DNA of 64,000 nucleotides from positions 7,079-71,078 of the forward strand of contig DAOSLF010000009.1 of NCBI GenBank assembly GCA_035368605.1, in the 5' to 3' direction. The notes below the pieces were generated by a model that did not search any database, was not told the DNA's origin, and worked only from the letters and a program-made list of their open reading frames with translations. How positions within the stretch are numbered: position 1 is the first letter of the stretch; each line of letters opens with the position of its first letter. Below, piece by piece: positions 1-9,409 of this stretch. This stretch comes from Candidatus Omnitrophota bacterium (GTDB taxonomy: Bacteria > Omnitrophota > Omnitrophia > Omnitrophales > Aquincolibacteriaceae). The position numbers and the translations under genes were made by a program.

Positions 1-18
1 GCGGCAGATTGAAGTAAG

Positions 19-1062
19 TTATTTAGACGCAAAGACACCCATTTCTCGGTATTTCTGATACCGAAGTTCGGGCAGGTCTTTTTTGGGAATCTCTTTCAGC
101 TCCGCAAGCGCCGCGTTCACGGTTTGCAAGATGTTGTCCGCCGTACGAACGAAATCACGGTGCGCGCCGCCAAGAGGCTCGGGTATCACGCCGTCGATCA
201 CACCGAGCTCAAGCAGGTCCTGTCCGGTCAGTTTGAGGGCGGTGGCCGCATCCGGAGCGCGGGTCGGTTCTTTCCAAAGGATCGCGGCACAACCTTCCGG
301 GGAGATCACCGAGTAATACGCATTCGCGAGCACATAAACACGATCGCCAACCCCGATGCCTAGCGCGCCGCCACTGCCGCCCTCTCCGATCACGATGCAA
401 ATGACAGGGACCTGGAGATCCCCCATTTCGCGGAGATTATAAGCGATCGCCTCAGCCTGCCCTCTTTCTTCGGCCCCGATGCCCGGATAGGCGCCCGGCG
501 TATCGATGAAGCAGATGATCGGGAGCTGATGCCGCTCGGCGAGTCGCATCACGCGCATAGCCTTCCGATAACCTTCGGGATGGGCACTGCCGAAGCTTCG
601 CATGAGGTTTTCCTTGGTGTCCCGGCCTTTCTGATGTCCGATCACACAGACCGGCTCTTTCCCGTCCCACTTGGCCAACCCGGCAACTATGGCCCGGTCA
701 TCGCTGTACCGACGGTCCCCGTGAAGTTCAATAAAATCCCTGGTCAGGTAATTGATGTAGTCGAGAGTATAGGGTCGCAGCGGGTGGCGGGCGACCTGGA
801 CGCGCTGCCACGGAGTCAGCTTGTCAAAAATCTCCTGGATGGCTTCCTTCAGCTTTTTCTCCGCACTTTTGATCTCATCGGAAAGATCCACGCCATCCTG
901 GCTGATCTTGCGGAGCTCATTGATCTTTTTTTCCATTTCGACAACAGGCTTCTCAAAAGGAAGACACGCGTCGAAAATATTCTTTGTTCCGAGCTGAATC
1001 TTCTCCTTGGGAAGAGAGACCTCTTCAACGGCGATTTTCGCTTTTTTATTTTTCTTTGCCAT
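19..1062 (-). CDS. accA: acetyl-CoA carboxylase carboxyltransferase alpha subunit
   Basis: ORF 19..1137 matches AccA throughout, including the GIGAEERGQAEAIA and IGEGGSGGAL motifs. Start trimmed to ATG at 1062 (MAKKNKKAKI...), which has a plausible RBS. Confidence 0.9.
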   Translation of the reverse strand: MAKKNKKAKIAVEEVSLPKEKIQLGTKNIFDACLPFEKPVVEMEKKINELRKISQDGVDLSDEIKSAEKKLKEAIQEIFDKLTPWQRVQVARHPLRPYTLDYINYLTRDFIELHGDRRYSDDRAIVAGLAKWDGKEPVCVIGHQKGRDTKENLMRSFGSAHPEGYRKAMRVMRLAERHQLPIICFIDTPGAYPGIGAEERGQAEAIAYNLREMGDLQVPVICIVIGEGGSGGALGIGVGDRVYVLANAYYSVISPEGCAAILWKEPTRAPDAATALKLTGQDLLELGVIDGVIPEPLGGAHRDFVRTADNILQTVNAALAELKEIPKKDLPELRYQKYREMGVFASK

Positions 1063-1081
1063 AGGATCCTCTTTGACTGGA

Positions 1082-1924
1082 TTAGTCTTGAACGATGACT
1101 TGAACACCCGCAGGTACGATACCGTAGAGTTCTTCAACGTCCGCGTTCGTCATACGAATGCAACCTTCCGAAGCCTGCTGGCCGATCTTTTCGGGCTCGG
1201 TCGTTCCATGGATCCCGTAGCCCGGCTTGTCAAAACCAAGCCAGCGGGTCCCGAGCTGGTTCTTCGGACTTCCCGGCGCATAGATCGCTCCGGTCTTAAA
1301 CCATGTCGGGTCCCTGAGCTTGACATTGACCCTGAATGTTCCTGTCGGCGTGCTGTTGTCCTTGCCCGTGGAGACTTTGTATTGCTTGACGGGCTTGCCT
1401 GAGGCGGAGAGCGTGAGGGTATTATCTGACTTATCCACCAGGACGGTAAAGGTCCCTTTGTAGAGCTTGAGTTTCCTGCCGGCATAGATCGTGTCTTTCT
1501 TGAGTCCGTTGATCCGCTTGATAAGATCCCCCGTCGTCCCGTTCTTTTTCGCGATCACGTAGAGGCTGTCGCCGGATTGGATGGTGTATTCCGAAAGGTC
1601 TGGTGAGGTCCCCTCCACAAAGATCTCCTCCCAGTTCTTTTGCATATCCTCCGCCGTAATTATCGAAACCGAAGGATGCTCTACACCCAGAGACTCTGCT
1701 TCCGGCAGAGGCTCCCGCGAAACGGCTGCGATCGGCGTATTTCCCTGTTCCCCTTGCTGGGTTGAATCCCCGGCTTCCGTCCGGTTCTGCTGGTCGACTG
1801 AAATCAGCGTGCTATCCGCAACCGCAAAAACCGCATCTTGATCTTGCTCCGCGCGAACTCGATCGTCGGACGCGGGGAAAAACAAGAATAAGATCAGAAG
1901 CAGGGAAAGTTTTTTGAGAGTCAT
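1082..1924 (-). CDS. LysM domain-containing L,D-transpeptidase (YkuD family)
   Basis: N-terminal signal peptide. LysM-like segment (YTIQSGDSLYVIAKKNG...LIKRINGL). C-terminal YkuD catalytic region (HGTTEPEKIGQQASEGCIRM). Confidence 0.8.
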   Translation of the reverse strand: MTLKKLSLLLILFLFFPASDDRVRAEQDQDAVFAVADSTLISVDQQNRTEAGDSTQQGEQGNTPIAAVSREPLPEAESLGVEHPSVSIITAEDMQKNWEEIFVEGTSPDLSEYTIQSGDSLYVIAKKNGTTGDLIKRINGLKKDTIYAGRKLKLYKGTFTVLVDKSDNTLTLSASGKPVKQYKVSTGKDNSTPTGTFRVNVKLRDPTWFKTGAIYAPGSPKNQLGTRWLGFDKPGYGIHGTTEPEKIGQQASEGCIRMTNADVEELYGIVPAGVQVIVQD

Positions 1925-1930
1925 AAGGGC

Positions 1931-2404
1931 TTATCCGCAGAAGATAACGGCAACAAGTATGCCGACAAGAGCGCCCGCGAAAACCTCGAAAGGAGTGTGG
2001 CCAAGAAGCTCCTTCATCTTTTTTTCGGGTACGGCGCCTTTGGAATAAAAATCATCCAGCATCTGGTTCAGAAGCGTGGCCTGTCGCCCGAAGTGGCGCC
2101 GGACCCCTGCCGCGTCGAACATCGTAATAAGGCAAAGGATCAGAGCCAACAGGAAAGGGATCGTATTGAAGCCGTAATAGAGACCGATTGCCGTCGCAAG
2201 GCTGGAAACCGTGGCGGAATGGGCACTCGGCATACCTCCCGTATCGAATAACCACCGAAAATCAAATTTCTTCTTCTGGGTACCCCCAAGAATCACCTTC
2301 AGGGCCTGGGCTAAAAACCAGCTCAGGAATACCGCAAAAAAAGCCTTTCCCGGAGCGAACTGTGGGGTCAAGGGCGTCACCATAGAGATATCAGGGATTG
2401 ACAT
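1931..2404 (-). CDS. divergent PAP2 / DUF212 family membrane protein
   Basis: 157 aa, multi-TM. Contains the GGMPSAHSA motif typical of the divergent PAP2 (acid phosphatase/haloperoxidase-related) family. Confidence 0.6.
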   Translation of the reverse strand: MSIPDISMVTPLTPQFAPGKAFFAVFLSWFLAQALKVILGGTQKKKFDFRWLFDTGGMPSAHSATVSSLATAIGLYYGFNTIPFLLALILCLITMFDAAGVRRHFGRQATLLNQMLDDFYSKGAVPEKKMKELLGHTPFEVFAGALVGILVAVIFCG

Positions 2405-2549
2405 TTATCCAAGAATATGATTTATTTGGATAAAATATATTGTTTATATAAATAATACGTCCGTCTCCCCTTTGTTTGGGAATATTATAGTTTTCGTTAT
2501 TTCAAAATGCAAGGCTTTGCTTCACAAACACAAGCGGGGGAGGAACATC

Positions 2550-4067
2550 ATGATACGGGTCAAAAGCGCCATCTGTATGGGGATCCATGCCTTTCCGGTG
2601 GACATTGAGGTCGACACTGGGGGTGGCATTCCCCAACTCATCCTCGTGGGACTTCCCGACGCCAGTGTCAAGGAATCGCGGGAAAGGGTGCGGACAGCGA
2701 TCAAGAACAGCGGTTATCAGCTTTCCCAAGAGAAAATCACGATCAACCTGGCGCCGGCAGAGCTGAAAAAAGAGGGTGCGGCCTTTGATCTTCCCATCGC
2801 GCTCGGAATCCTTGCCTGCCACGGTCTCGTCCCGGCTGAAAAGCTTTGTGAATTCATTTTCCTTGGCGAACTCGCCCTGGATGGCACCTTGCGCCCGCTC
2901 CGGGGTGTTGTGGCGATCACTTCCAGCTTCAAGGGGAAGTCTTTTGTCCTGCCGGCGGAAAGCTCGTCTGAAGCCGCGATTGTCAAGGATGCTACGGTCT
3001 ACCCGGTCAAAAACCTTAAGGAGACCGTGGCCTTTTTATGCGGGGAAGCAAACATCCAGTCTGTTCCGAAGCGTGCCGTTAGCTCGAAGCCGGCAGCCGG
3101 ATCTGCCGTTGATTTTTCCGAAGTGAAAGGTCAGAGGGCCGCGAAGCGTGCGATCGAGATCGCGATTGCCGGAGGTCACAAAATCCTGTTCCTCGGCCCG
3201 CCCGGCAGCGGGAAAACAATGCTTGCGAGAAGAATCCCGACCATCCTGCCCCCCATGGATTTCGAGGAAGCGCTCGAGGTTACCAAGATCCACAGCGTCG
3301 CGGGTCTGACATTCCCGAATGGCAGCCTGCTCCGGGAAAGGCCGTTCCGCTCCCCTCATTACACGTCTTCTTCCGTTGCGCTCACGGGAGGCGGTGCGGA
3401 CCCGAGGCCGGGTGAAATATCGCTCGCTCATCACGGCGTCCTGTTCCTTGACGAATTCCCGGAATTCCGGCGAGACGCGCTCGAAGCACTCCGGGGACCT
3501 CTTGAAGACGGCTCGGTCACCGTGTCCCGCGCAAAAATGCAGGTCACCTACCCCGCACAATTTCTGCTGGTCGCGGCGATGAATCCATGTCCTTGCGGGC
3601 ATCTCTCCGACCCGCGCAGGGGTTGCCGCTGTTCACTGGGACAGATCCACAAATACCGCTCGAAGGTCTCGGGACCGATCCTCGACCGGATTGACATCCA
3701 GATCGAGGTGCCGGCCCTCTCGTTCCAGACCCTGGCCGCAAGGGAAATCCCCGAGGCCTCATCAACGATCCGCGAACGTGTTTGCGCCTGCAGGGCCACC
3801 CAGAAAAAGAGGTTCAGGATGCGCCCTTACCAGATAAATGCCCTGATGAACCCGAAAGACATCAAAGAGCACGCCACGCCCGACCTCCAGGGTCAAAAAC
3901 TCGTTGAAGCGGCCATGAAAGAACTGCACCTCTCTGCGCGGGCCTATTACAAGATTCTTAAAATCGCGCGAACGATCAGCGATCTCGCGGGTTGCGAACA
4001 GGTTCAGTCGGAGCACATCGCGGAAGCCATCCAATACCGTTCGCTTGACCGCCAGTGGTGGAGTTGA
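2550..4067 (+). CDS. YifB/ComM family Mg-chelatase-like AAA+ ATPase
   Basis: Lon-like N-terminal domain, Walker A (GPPGSGKT), ChlI-type AAA core and C-terminal Mg_chelatase_C motif. Start ATG at 2550 follows a GGGGGAGG RBS; the ORF-track start at 2472 is an upstream extension. Confidence 0.85.
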   Translation: MIRVKSAICMGIHAFPVDIEVDTGGGIPQLILVGLPDASVKESRERVRTAIKNSGYQLSQEKITINLAPAELKKEGAAFDLPIALGILACHGLVPAEKLCEFIFLGELALDGTLRPLRGVVAITSSFKGKSFVLPAESSSEAAIVKDATVYPVKNLKETVAFLCGEANIQSVPKRAVSSKPAAGSAVDFSEVKGQRAAKRAIEIAIAGGHKILFLGPPGSGKTMLARRIPTILPPMDFEEALEVTKIHSVAGLTFPNGSLLRERPFRSPHYTSSSVALTGGGADPRPGEISLAHHGVLFLDEFPEFRRDALEALRGPLEDGSVTVSRAKMQVTYPAQFLLVAAMNPCPCGHLSDPRRGCRCSLGQIHKYRSKVSGPILDRIDIQIEVPALSFQTLAAREIPEASSTIRERVCACRATQKKRFRMRPYQINALMNPKDIKEHATPDLQGQKLVEAAMKELHLSARAYYKILKIARTISDLAGCEQVQSEHIAEAIQYRSLDRQWWS

Positions 4068-4083
4068 AAAAGAGAAAACAAAA

Positions 4084-4242
4084 ATGACAACAAAATTGAT
4101 TGCACAAGAGGTTATTCAAAACAGGATATTGGTTGTCGGGGGCCTGAGGGGCATGCTGGATAGCGATTTGGCAGAGCTCTACTACGGCATTTCCAATCAT
4201 CATCTGAAGCGGGCTCGATCGGGATTCCCCGCTGAGAGTTGA
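4084..4242 (+). pseudogene. ORF6N-domain protein remnant (truncated)
   Basis: The peptide ...NRILVVGGLRGMLDSDLAELYYGISNHHLKRA...FPAES* matches the N-terminal ORF6N motif (R.Q.VMLDSDLAELYGV...N..V.RN..RFPEDF). It stops after about 50 aa, where full-length members are about 170 aa. Confidence 0.4.
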
Positions 4243-4350
4243 CACAACAGGAATATTCCGCTTCAAGACGCTATTTTGGCACCCTTACAAAGAGGCGCCC
4301 ATTCAAACGCCTTTAAAGAGCATGGCATCCGAAAAAGAAAACCCACCGCT

Positions 4351-5085
4351 TTATTTTATTCGGAACGCGGCGGCACAATAAGCGCACGGCGAACAATCAA
4401 AAAAGCGGTACCAGATCATTGCGAAAATGGCCTTGAAGCCGTCCCGCCAGGTGATCTTCTTCCCCTCTTCATAGCTTCTGCCGCTGTAGCTGATCGGAAC
4501 TTCGTAAATGCGGAACCGGTTCCTGGCGACTTTCATCGTGAATTCGGGCTCGCACCCGAACCGCTTCGACCGGATTCGCACCTTCGCAAGGACCTCACGG
4601 CGGAAAGCCTTGTAACAGGTCTCCATGTCCGTCAGGTTGATGTTGGAGAGCATGTTCGAAAGCGTCGTCAGGAAACGGTTACCGACATAGTGCCAGAAAT
4701 AAAGGACACGATGCGGACCTCCGAGAAAACGGGAGCCGTAGACAACATCCGCGCGACCGTCCAGGATAGGCTCGAGCAGCTTCGGATATTCCCTTGGATC
4801 GTATTCGAGGTCGGCATCCTGGATCACGACAAGCTCCCCCGTGACATGCCCGAACGCCGTTTGAAGCGCGGCACCTTTCCCCTGGTTCTTCTCGTGGTAA
4901 AAAATCCGGATGTTCCCGTTCCCTTCATATCGCCTCAACAACTCCCGCGTTCCGTCGGTCGATGCATCATCGACGATAAGGACTTCCTTGTCGACAGGAA
5001 GAGCCAGGACGCGGGCAATGATCTCTTCCACCGTATGCTTCTCGTTGTAAACAGGAATCACGACTGAAAGCTTCATTGTGTTCAC
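4351..5085 (-). CDS. family 2 glycosyltransferase (polyprenol-phosphate sugar transferase-like)
   Basis: VVIPVYNE...DDASTDGT...QDADLEYDP is the GT2 DXD architecture. A 4-bp overlap with the upstream GT-C gene suggests translational coupling. Confidence 0.8.
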   Translation of the reverse strand: MNTMKLSVVIPVYNEKHTVEEIIARVLALPVDKEVLIVDDASTDGTRELLRRYEGNGNIRIFYHEKNQGKGAALQTAFGHVTGELVVIQDADLEYDPREYPKLLEPILDGRADVVYGSRFLGGPHRVLYFWHYVGNRFLTTLSNMLSNINLTDMETCYKAFRREVLAKVRIRSKRFGCEPEFTMKVARNRFRIYEVPISYSGRSYEEGKKITWRDGFKAIFAMIWYRFFDCSPCAYCAAAFRIK

Positions 5086-6917
5086 GCTCCTTTCAATTCG
5101 AACAAAAAACGTCGCCCGTCCCCCGCGAGAGGGACCGCACAGGTCTTCAAAAAGGCGGCAAAAAGACCGCTCGCCTCCGGTTCCAGCCCCGTCGTCTCCG
5201 AGAAAACAACCCCCGGATTCATCAAGAGATGGGTCGCACCCCCGGAAGCAAAAAACCCGGCCACCTCTTCCGGCTTTGTGGCGGTCTTCAGAAACCGTTC
5301 CAGGCTGTAGTGTTCAAAGACATAGTCCGCCGTCCATGGCCCATCGAGAAGGTACCCGTAATTTTTTGCGTCAAGAAGATAGAGACGTCCGCCACCTTTA
5401 ACAGCCTTGGCCGCTTCGCGGTAGATCGGAAACACATCAACCTGTCTGCTCAGGAACCCGTTCCGGTCTTCTTTCCCCGCCCAATAAAGATGAGGTTTCA
5501 CACGGGCAATCTCGAGAACGCCGAACACAGCGAAGCCGAGAGAGATGAGCATCGCGGCCACCAGAACAGCACGTTTGCCGGTCCGCCAAACCCCGAAGAC
5601 CAGCAGGAACGAAAGGACCGGAAGGGCCGGGAAAAGAAAGCGGACCTGCCTTGTCGTAAGGGTCCAATAGAAAAGAAAGAAAAGACTGAAGAGAGCCGGA
5701 ATCCGGACCTCCCCGAAACTTTTTCTGCGCGGATAAAGAAACGGGATCATCAAAAAGACGGGGCCGATCATCCCTTCAAAAAGGGCATGGTCGTTGAAGC
5801 GCGCCGCAAAAAAAACGCGCACGGGAGCAAACACGACATCCCATACCGCCTCCGAGCCGATCCTTGTCCCGAACGTCTGCAGCCATTCGACAAAGAGACG
5901 GGCGCGTTCCGCATCCCAGTTGACCGAATGAAGGCTGAATCCCGGTAGCGGGAACGGGAAAAGGGGCCAGCCTGTCAGGATCAAATTCCTGACGAGATAG
6001 GGCGCGAGGACCAACGCGGGAATCCCTCCCAGACACAAAAGCTCCGGCAAGACCATCTTTTTTTCGGACCGCTGAAGGTTCAGGACCAGATGAAGGCACG
6101 CCAGGATCAGCGCAAGCTGGATGCCGGTATATTTGACCGCCGCCGCCCCTCCCGTCATCAGAGCGCAAGCCCCGAGGATCTTCCAGTCCCGTTTCTCCTG
6201 ATATGCGCCAAAAAGGATGAGCGCCAGAAGCACGTAAAAAGAGAAGGTCAGGTCCACGTAGGCACAACTCATGACTTCCATCACGGAAGGCACGGCCAGA
6301 AAAACAAATACGGCCATCCACGCCGGAACCCGGCCAAGCCACTTTCTCGAGAACCTGTAAAGGGTAAGCGCGAGGAGAAAACCCCACGCCGCGTGAAAAA
6401 ACCGGGCGGCTGTTTCCCCTGAAGTTCCCAGTCCCAGCAGGAAGCAATGCTCCGCCAGTTGGGGAAAATACGCATAAATGTTATCCGCGAAAAAGTACCG
6501 TCCGCCGGAACTCAGCCACATTTTAGGCACGAACAGGTGATAGATAAGTTCGTCGCGGGCATACGGGGGAAGCGAAGCCAGGGCCGCCTGGAAGGCGAAA
6601 TAAACTGCAAGGAAGACAATGGCGAATGTGTGGTTTTTGAAAACATTGCCTGCGGAACGTCCCAGCCTCCACGCCTCGGGGATCCCAAGTAAAAGACAGA
6701 TGCCGGCCGTTAACCAGAGCATTCGGGGACCCGCTATTCCGAACGCCAGACCGCAGAACAGTCCCAGCGAAAGGAGGATCATTCCCGAACCGATGCGGAA
6801 AAGGTCAGAAATGTGTCGGTCAGACACAATAGGCCGGGGAAAGCAAAAACGGCCTATTCTAAGCGCAGCCAGAAAACACACCGGCGCCAGCAAAAAGCTG
6901 AAAGATTCGGTCATCAA
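5082..6917 (-). CDS. polytopic membrane glycosyltransferase, GT-C fold (ArnT/PMT-like), putative
   Basis: 611 aa with more than 10 predicted TM helices, directly upstream of and coupled to a GT2 gene. This is the typical Arn/PMT-like pairing. The family call rests on architecture only. Confidence 0.45.
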   Translation of the reverse strand: MMTESFSFLLAPVCFLAALRIGRFCFPRPIVSDRHISDLFRIGSGMILLSLGLFCGLAFGIAGPRMLWLTAGICLLLGIPEAWRLGRSAGNVFKNHTFAIVFLAVYFAFQAALASLPPYARDELIYHLFVPKMWLSSGGRYFFADNIYAYFPQLAEHCFLLGLGTSGETAARFFHAAWGFLLALTLYRFSRKWLGRVPAWMAVFVFLAVPSVMEVMSCAYVDLTFSFYVLLALILFGAYQEKRDWKILGACALMTGGAAAVKYTGIQLALILACLHLVLNLQRSEKKMVLPELLCLGGIPALVLAPYLVRNLILTGWPLFPFPLPGFSLHSVNWDAERARLFVEWLQTFGTRIGSEAVWDVVFAPVRVFFAARFNDHALFEGMIGPVFLMIPFLYPRRKSFGEVRIPALFSLFFLFYWTLTTRQVRFLFPALPVLSFLLVFGVWRTGKRAVLVAAMLISLGFAVFGVLEIARVKPHLYWAGKEDRNGFLSRQVDVFPIYREAAKAVKGGGRLYLLDAKNYGYLLDGPWTADYVFEHYSLERFLKTATKPEEVAGFFASGGATHLLMNPGVVFSETTGLEPEASGLFAAFLKTCAVPLAGDGRRFLFELKGA

Positions 6918-7234
6918 CTAAAACTCTCCCTTCTCATGAAATCATGATCCCCCGTCTCCGTCCACTAGGTTCCGAAAGGGAATGGCGCATTGTACGACAG
7001 ATACTGAAAAGAATAAATCCGGGACACAATTTCAGCCTGGTATCCCCTCTTGAGACTTTTTTGAGATGTTTCTTTGTAAGTGTTTTGTATCCAGAGAGTT
7101 AGAGCGCAAGCTTCGGTTTGCATTTTTGGGGATCCGGAAGTATACTTCTTAAAGAGGCAGCAAAAGTGTCATCGTATTCCTGCGTGTAATTATTTTAAGC
7201 GCAAAATCAACGCTCTTTTTAAAAGGGGTCTCGT

Positions 7235-7687
7235 GTGGTCACGAAAACGCAACGCCATACACCTGCTGCCTTGTCATCAGGAGGTCCGTTTGTGGGATCG
7301 ACACTTCAGGTCGCCGGGAAGCGCATCCTCATCATTGAGGACGAGCTGAGCGCCAGCAAATTCCTTTCCTTCCGCCTTCAAAAGATCGGCTTTGAGGTTT
7401 CCACCGCATTCGACGGGGTGACCGGCCTGAAAGAAGCAACCGAAAAAATCCCCGATCTCGTCATCCTCGACCTGATGATCCCCAAGCTTCCGGGCGAAGA
7501 GGTATGCAAAGCCATTCGCGAGAACTTTGACGAGGCAATCTCCAGGATTCCGATTATCATGCTGACGGGAAAAGACACCTTGGTGGACCGCGTCGTCGGA
7601 AAAGTGATCGGCGCAGACGCCTATCTGACCAAACCCTACGAATTTGAAGACCTTTTCAAGGAGATACAACGGATCTTGTCTTCATAA
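7235..7687 (+). CDS. single-domain response regulator (CheY-like receiver)
   Basis: REC domain (ILIIEDE...DLVILDLMIP...LTGKDT...KP). GTG start with upstream AAAAGGGG; the start is uncertain, with an alternative GTG near 7292. Confidence 0.75.
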   Translation: MVTKTQRHTPAALSSGGPFVGSTLQVAGKRILIIEDELSASKFLSFRLQKIGFEVSTAFDGVTGLKEATEKIPDLVILDLMIPKLPGEEVCKAIRENFDEAISRIPIIMLTGKDTLVDRVVGKVIGADAYLTKPYEFEDLFKEIQRILSS

Positions 7688-7714
7688 AAAAACAGCGCGG
7701 AGGTTCGGGTTTTT

Positions 7715-9409
7715 ATGCTCAATGAGCGCAACGAAGCGCCGGTTTGGAAGATCCTCCTGGTGGATGACGACCCGGATTTCGCCAATATCCTGAAGATAAG
7801 GCTGAGCAAGGAAAAGAACCCGGTCCTCGATATCACGATCTGCCACAACCTCGAAACCGCACTTCAAAGCGTCCGGGGAAATCCCTGCGATCTCGTTCTC
7901 CTCGACCTCATGCTTCCGGATTCCTCCGGGATTGAAACCTTCACGAAAATGAAGGCGGAGGCCAGACATATCCCGGTCGTCATCATGACGGGCCTCGACA
8001 ACGATCAAATCGCGATCAACGCCGTCCGCCGGGGCGCGGAGGATTATCTCGTCAAAAGCGATATCAGTTCGAAACTCCTGATGCGGATCATCCATCACGC
8101 CATCGACCGCCACCGGATCAAGGAAAAGCTCGCCTCCGTCACCGGCCGGCTCCGCAAAACGAACCTGCGCCTTGAAAAGATGGCCCTGCTCGATCCCCTG
8201 ACCGAGCTCTTCAACCGGCGGGGGCTTCAGCAAGCCTTCAGCCGCGAAATCCAGCTCGGCTCGCGCGAAGGTTACAAGCCTCTCGTCCTGCTCCTCGACA
8301 TCGACAACTTCAAACAGATCAACGACACGCTGGGCCATCCCGTCGGCGACATCCTCCTGAAAGAGGTCGCCAAAAGAATCCGGGAATCCGTCCGTGTTTC
8401 GGACCATATCGCAAGGATCGGCGGCGACGAATTCATCCTGATCCTTCCGAAGACCAGTCTTCAGGAAGGTATCCATCTGGCCGAGCGTATCCGGACCGCC
8501 GTGTCCAACACAATCATTTATGTGGGGAAGACTGAAACGATCCGCATTACGACCAGTATCGGCCTGACCCCCGTTTACGGCGAGATCTCCTCCGTCGACG
8601 AACTGCTCGCGATCGTGGATCCCCTGCTCCGGCGGAGCAAACAGAAGGGTAAAGACTGTGTGTCGTATGACGAGATCGAAACGGTACCGGAAGGCGCGCC
8701 GCCCGTTTCCGAGGCGGACCGTTTCGCTTCTGTCCTGAGAAAAGGGGCGAATTTCTTCTCACTGAAACAACCCATCGTGGATCTTGCGGACTTTTCCGTG
8801 ATCGGCTACGAGTTCCTGAGCCGTCTCAACAACGGCGGCGTCTGCATGCCCGATCATTTCTTCCGCATCGCCCGCGAACAGAACATGCTTACACTCGTGG
8901 ACCACCATTGTTTCCGTTCCTGTATCGCGGCCGCCTCCAGGCTCGCGCCGGAATTGCGCCGGCACATCAATCTCTTCCCCGCAACGATCGTCGATGTCGC
9001 TCCCAACGGGGTCATCGAAAAACTGTCGGTCAGCTGCTCGGCCAGGAGTTATTGTTTCGAGATCAGCGAACAGCAAATCCTCGGCGATCCGTCCAACCTG
9101 ATCGGCCCCGTGGAAGTCTTCAAACGGCACGGGATTTCGATCGCGGTCGACGATGTCGGGTTCGGGAACACCTGCCTCGAAAGCCTGATCCTGCTGGAGC
9201 CGGATGTAATCAAACTGGATAAAAAATACGTTCGCGGCATCTCCCGGGATTCTCACATTGAGCGAACGCTCCGCCGCATCCTGAAGGTCGCTGAGGACTT
9301 GGGTGCCGAGGTGGTCGCGGAAGGTATTGAAACCGCCGAAGATCTCGATATTCTTCGGGAGATCGGCGTGAAGTACGGGCAGGGTTTTTACCTCGGAGTC
9401 CCTGCATGA
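7715..9409 (+). CDS. response regulator with GGDEF and EAL domains (c-di-GMP turnover)
   Basis: N-terminal REC (LLVDDDPDF...DLVLLDLMLP). Intact GGDEF (RIGGDEFILIL). EAL domain with an EFL variant (GYEFLSRL, DDVGFG, KLDKKY, AEGIET, GQGF). Confidence 0.85.
   Translation: MLNERNEAPVWKILLVDDDPDFANILKIRLSKEKNPVLDITICHNLETALQSVRGNPCDLVLLDLMLPDSSGIETFTKMKAEARHIPVVIMTGLDNDQIAINAVRRGAEDYLVKSDISSKLLMRIIHHAIDRHRIKEKLASVTGRLRKTNLRLEKMALLDPLTELFNRRGLQQAFSREIQLGSREGYKPLVLLLDIDNFKQINDTLGHPVGDILLKEVAKRIRESVRVSDHIARIGGDEFILILPKTSLQEGIHLAERIRTAVSNTIIYVGKTETIRITTSIGLTPVYGEISSVDELLAIVDPLLRRSKQKGKDCVSYDEIETVPEGAPPVSEADRFASVLRKGANFFSLKQPIVDLADFSVIGYEFLSRLNNGGVCMPDHFFRIAREQNMLTLVDHHCFRSCIAAASRLAPELRRHINLFPATIVDVAPNGVIEKLSVSCSARSYCFEISEQQILGDPSNLIGPVEVFKRHGISIAVDDVGFGNTCLESLILLEPDVIKLDKKYVRGISRDSHIERTLRRILKVAEDLGAEVVAEGIETAEDLDILREIGVKYGQGFYLGVPA

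Noticed and set aside
4276-5067. 263-aa plus-strand ORF
   Set aside because: Antisense to the GT2 gene, whose DXD motifs and coupling to the GT-C gene make it the real coding strand.
7682-8476. 264-aa minus-strand ORF
   Set aside because: Antisense to the REC-GGDEF region of a clearly real gene. No motifs.
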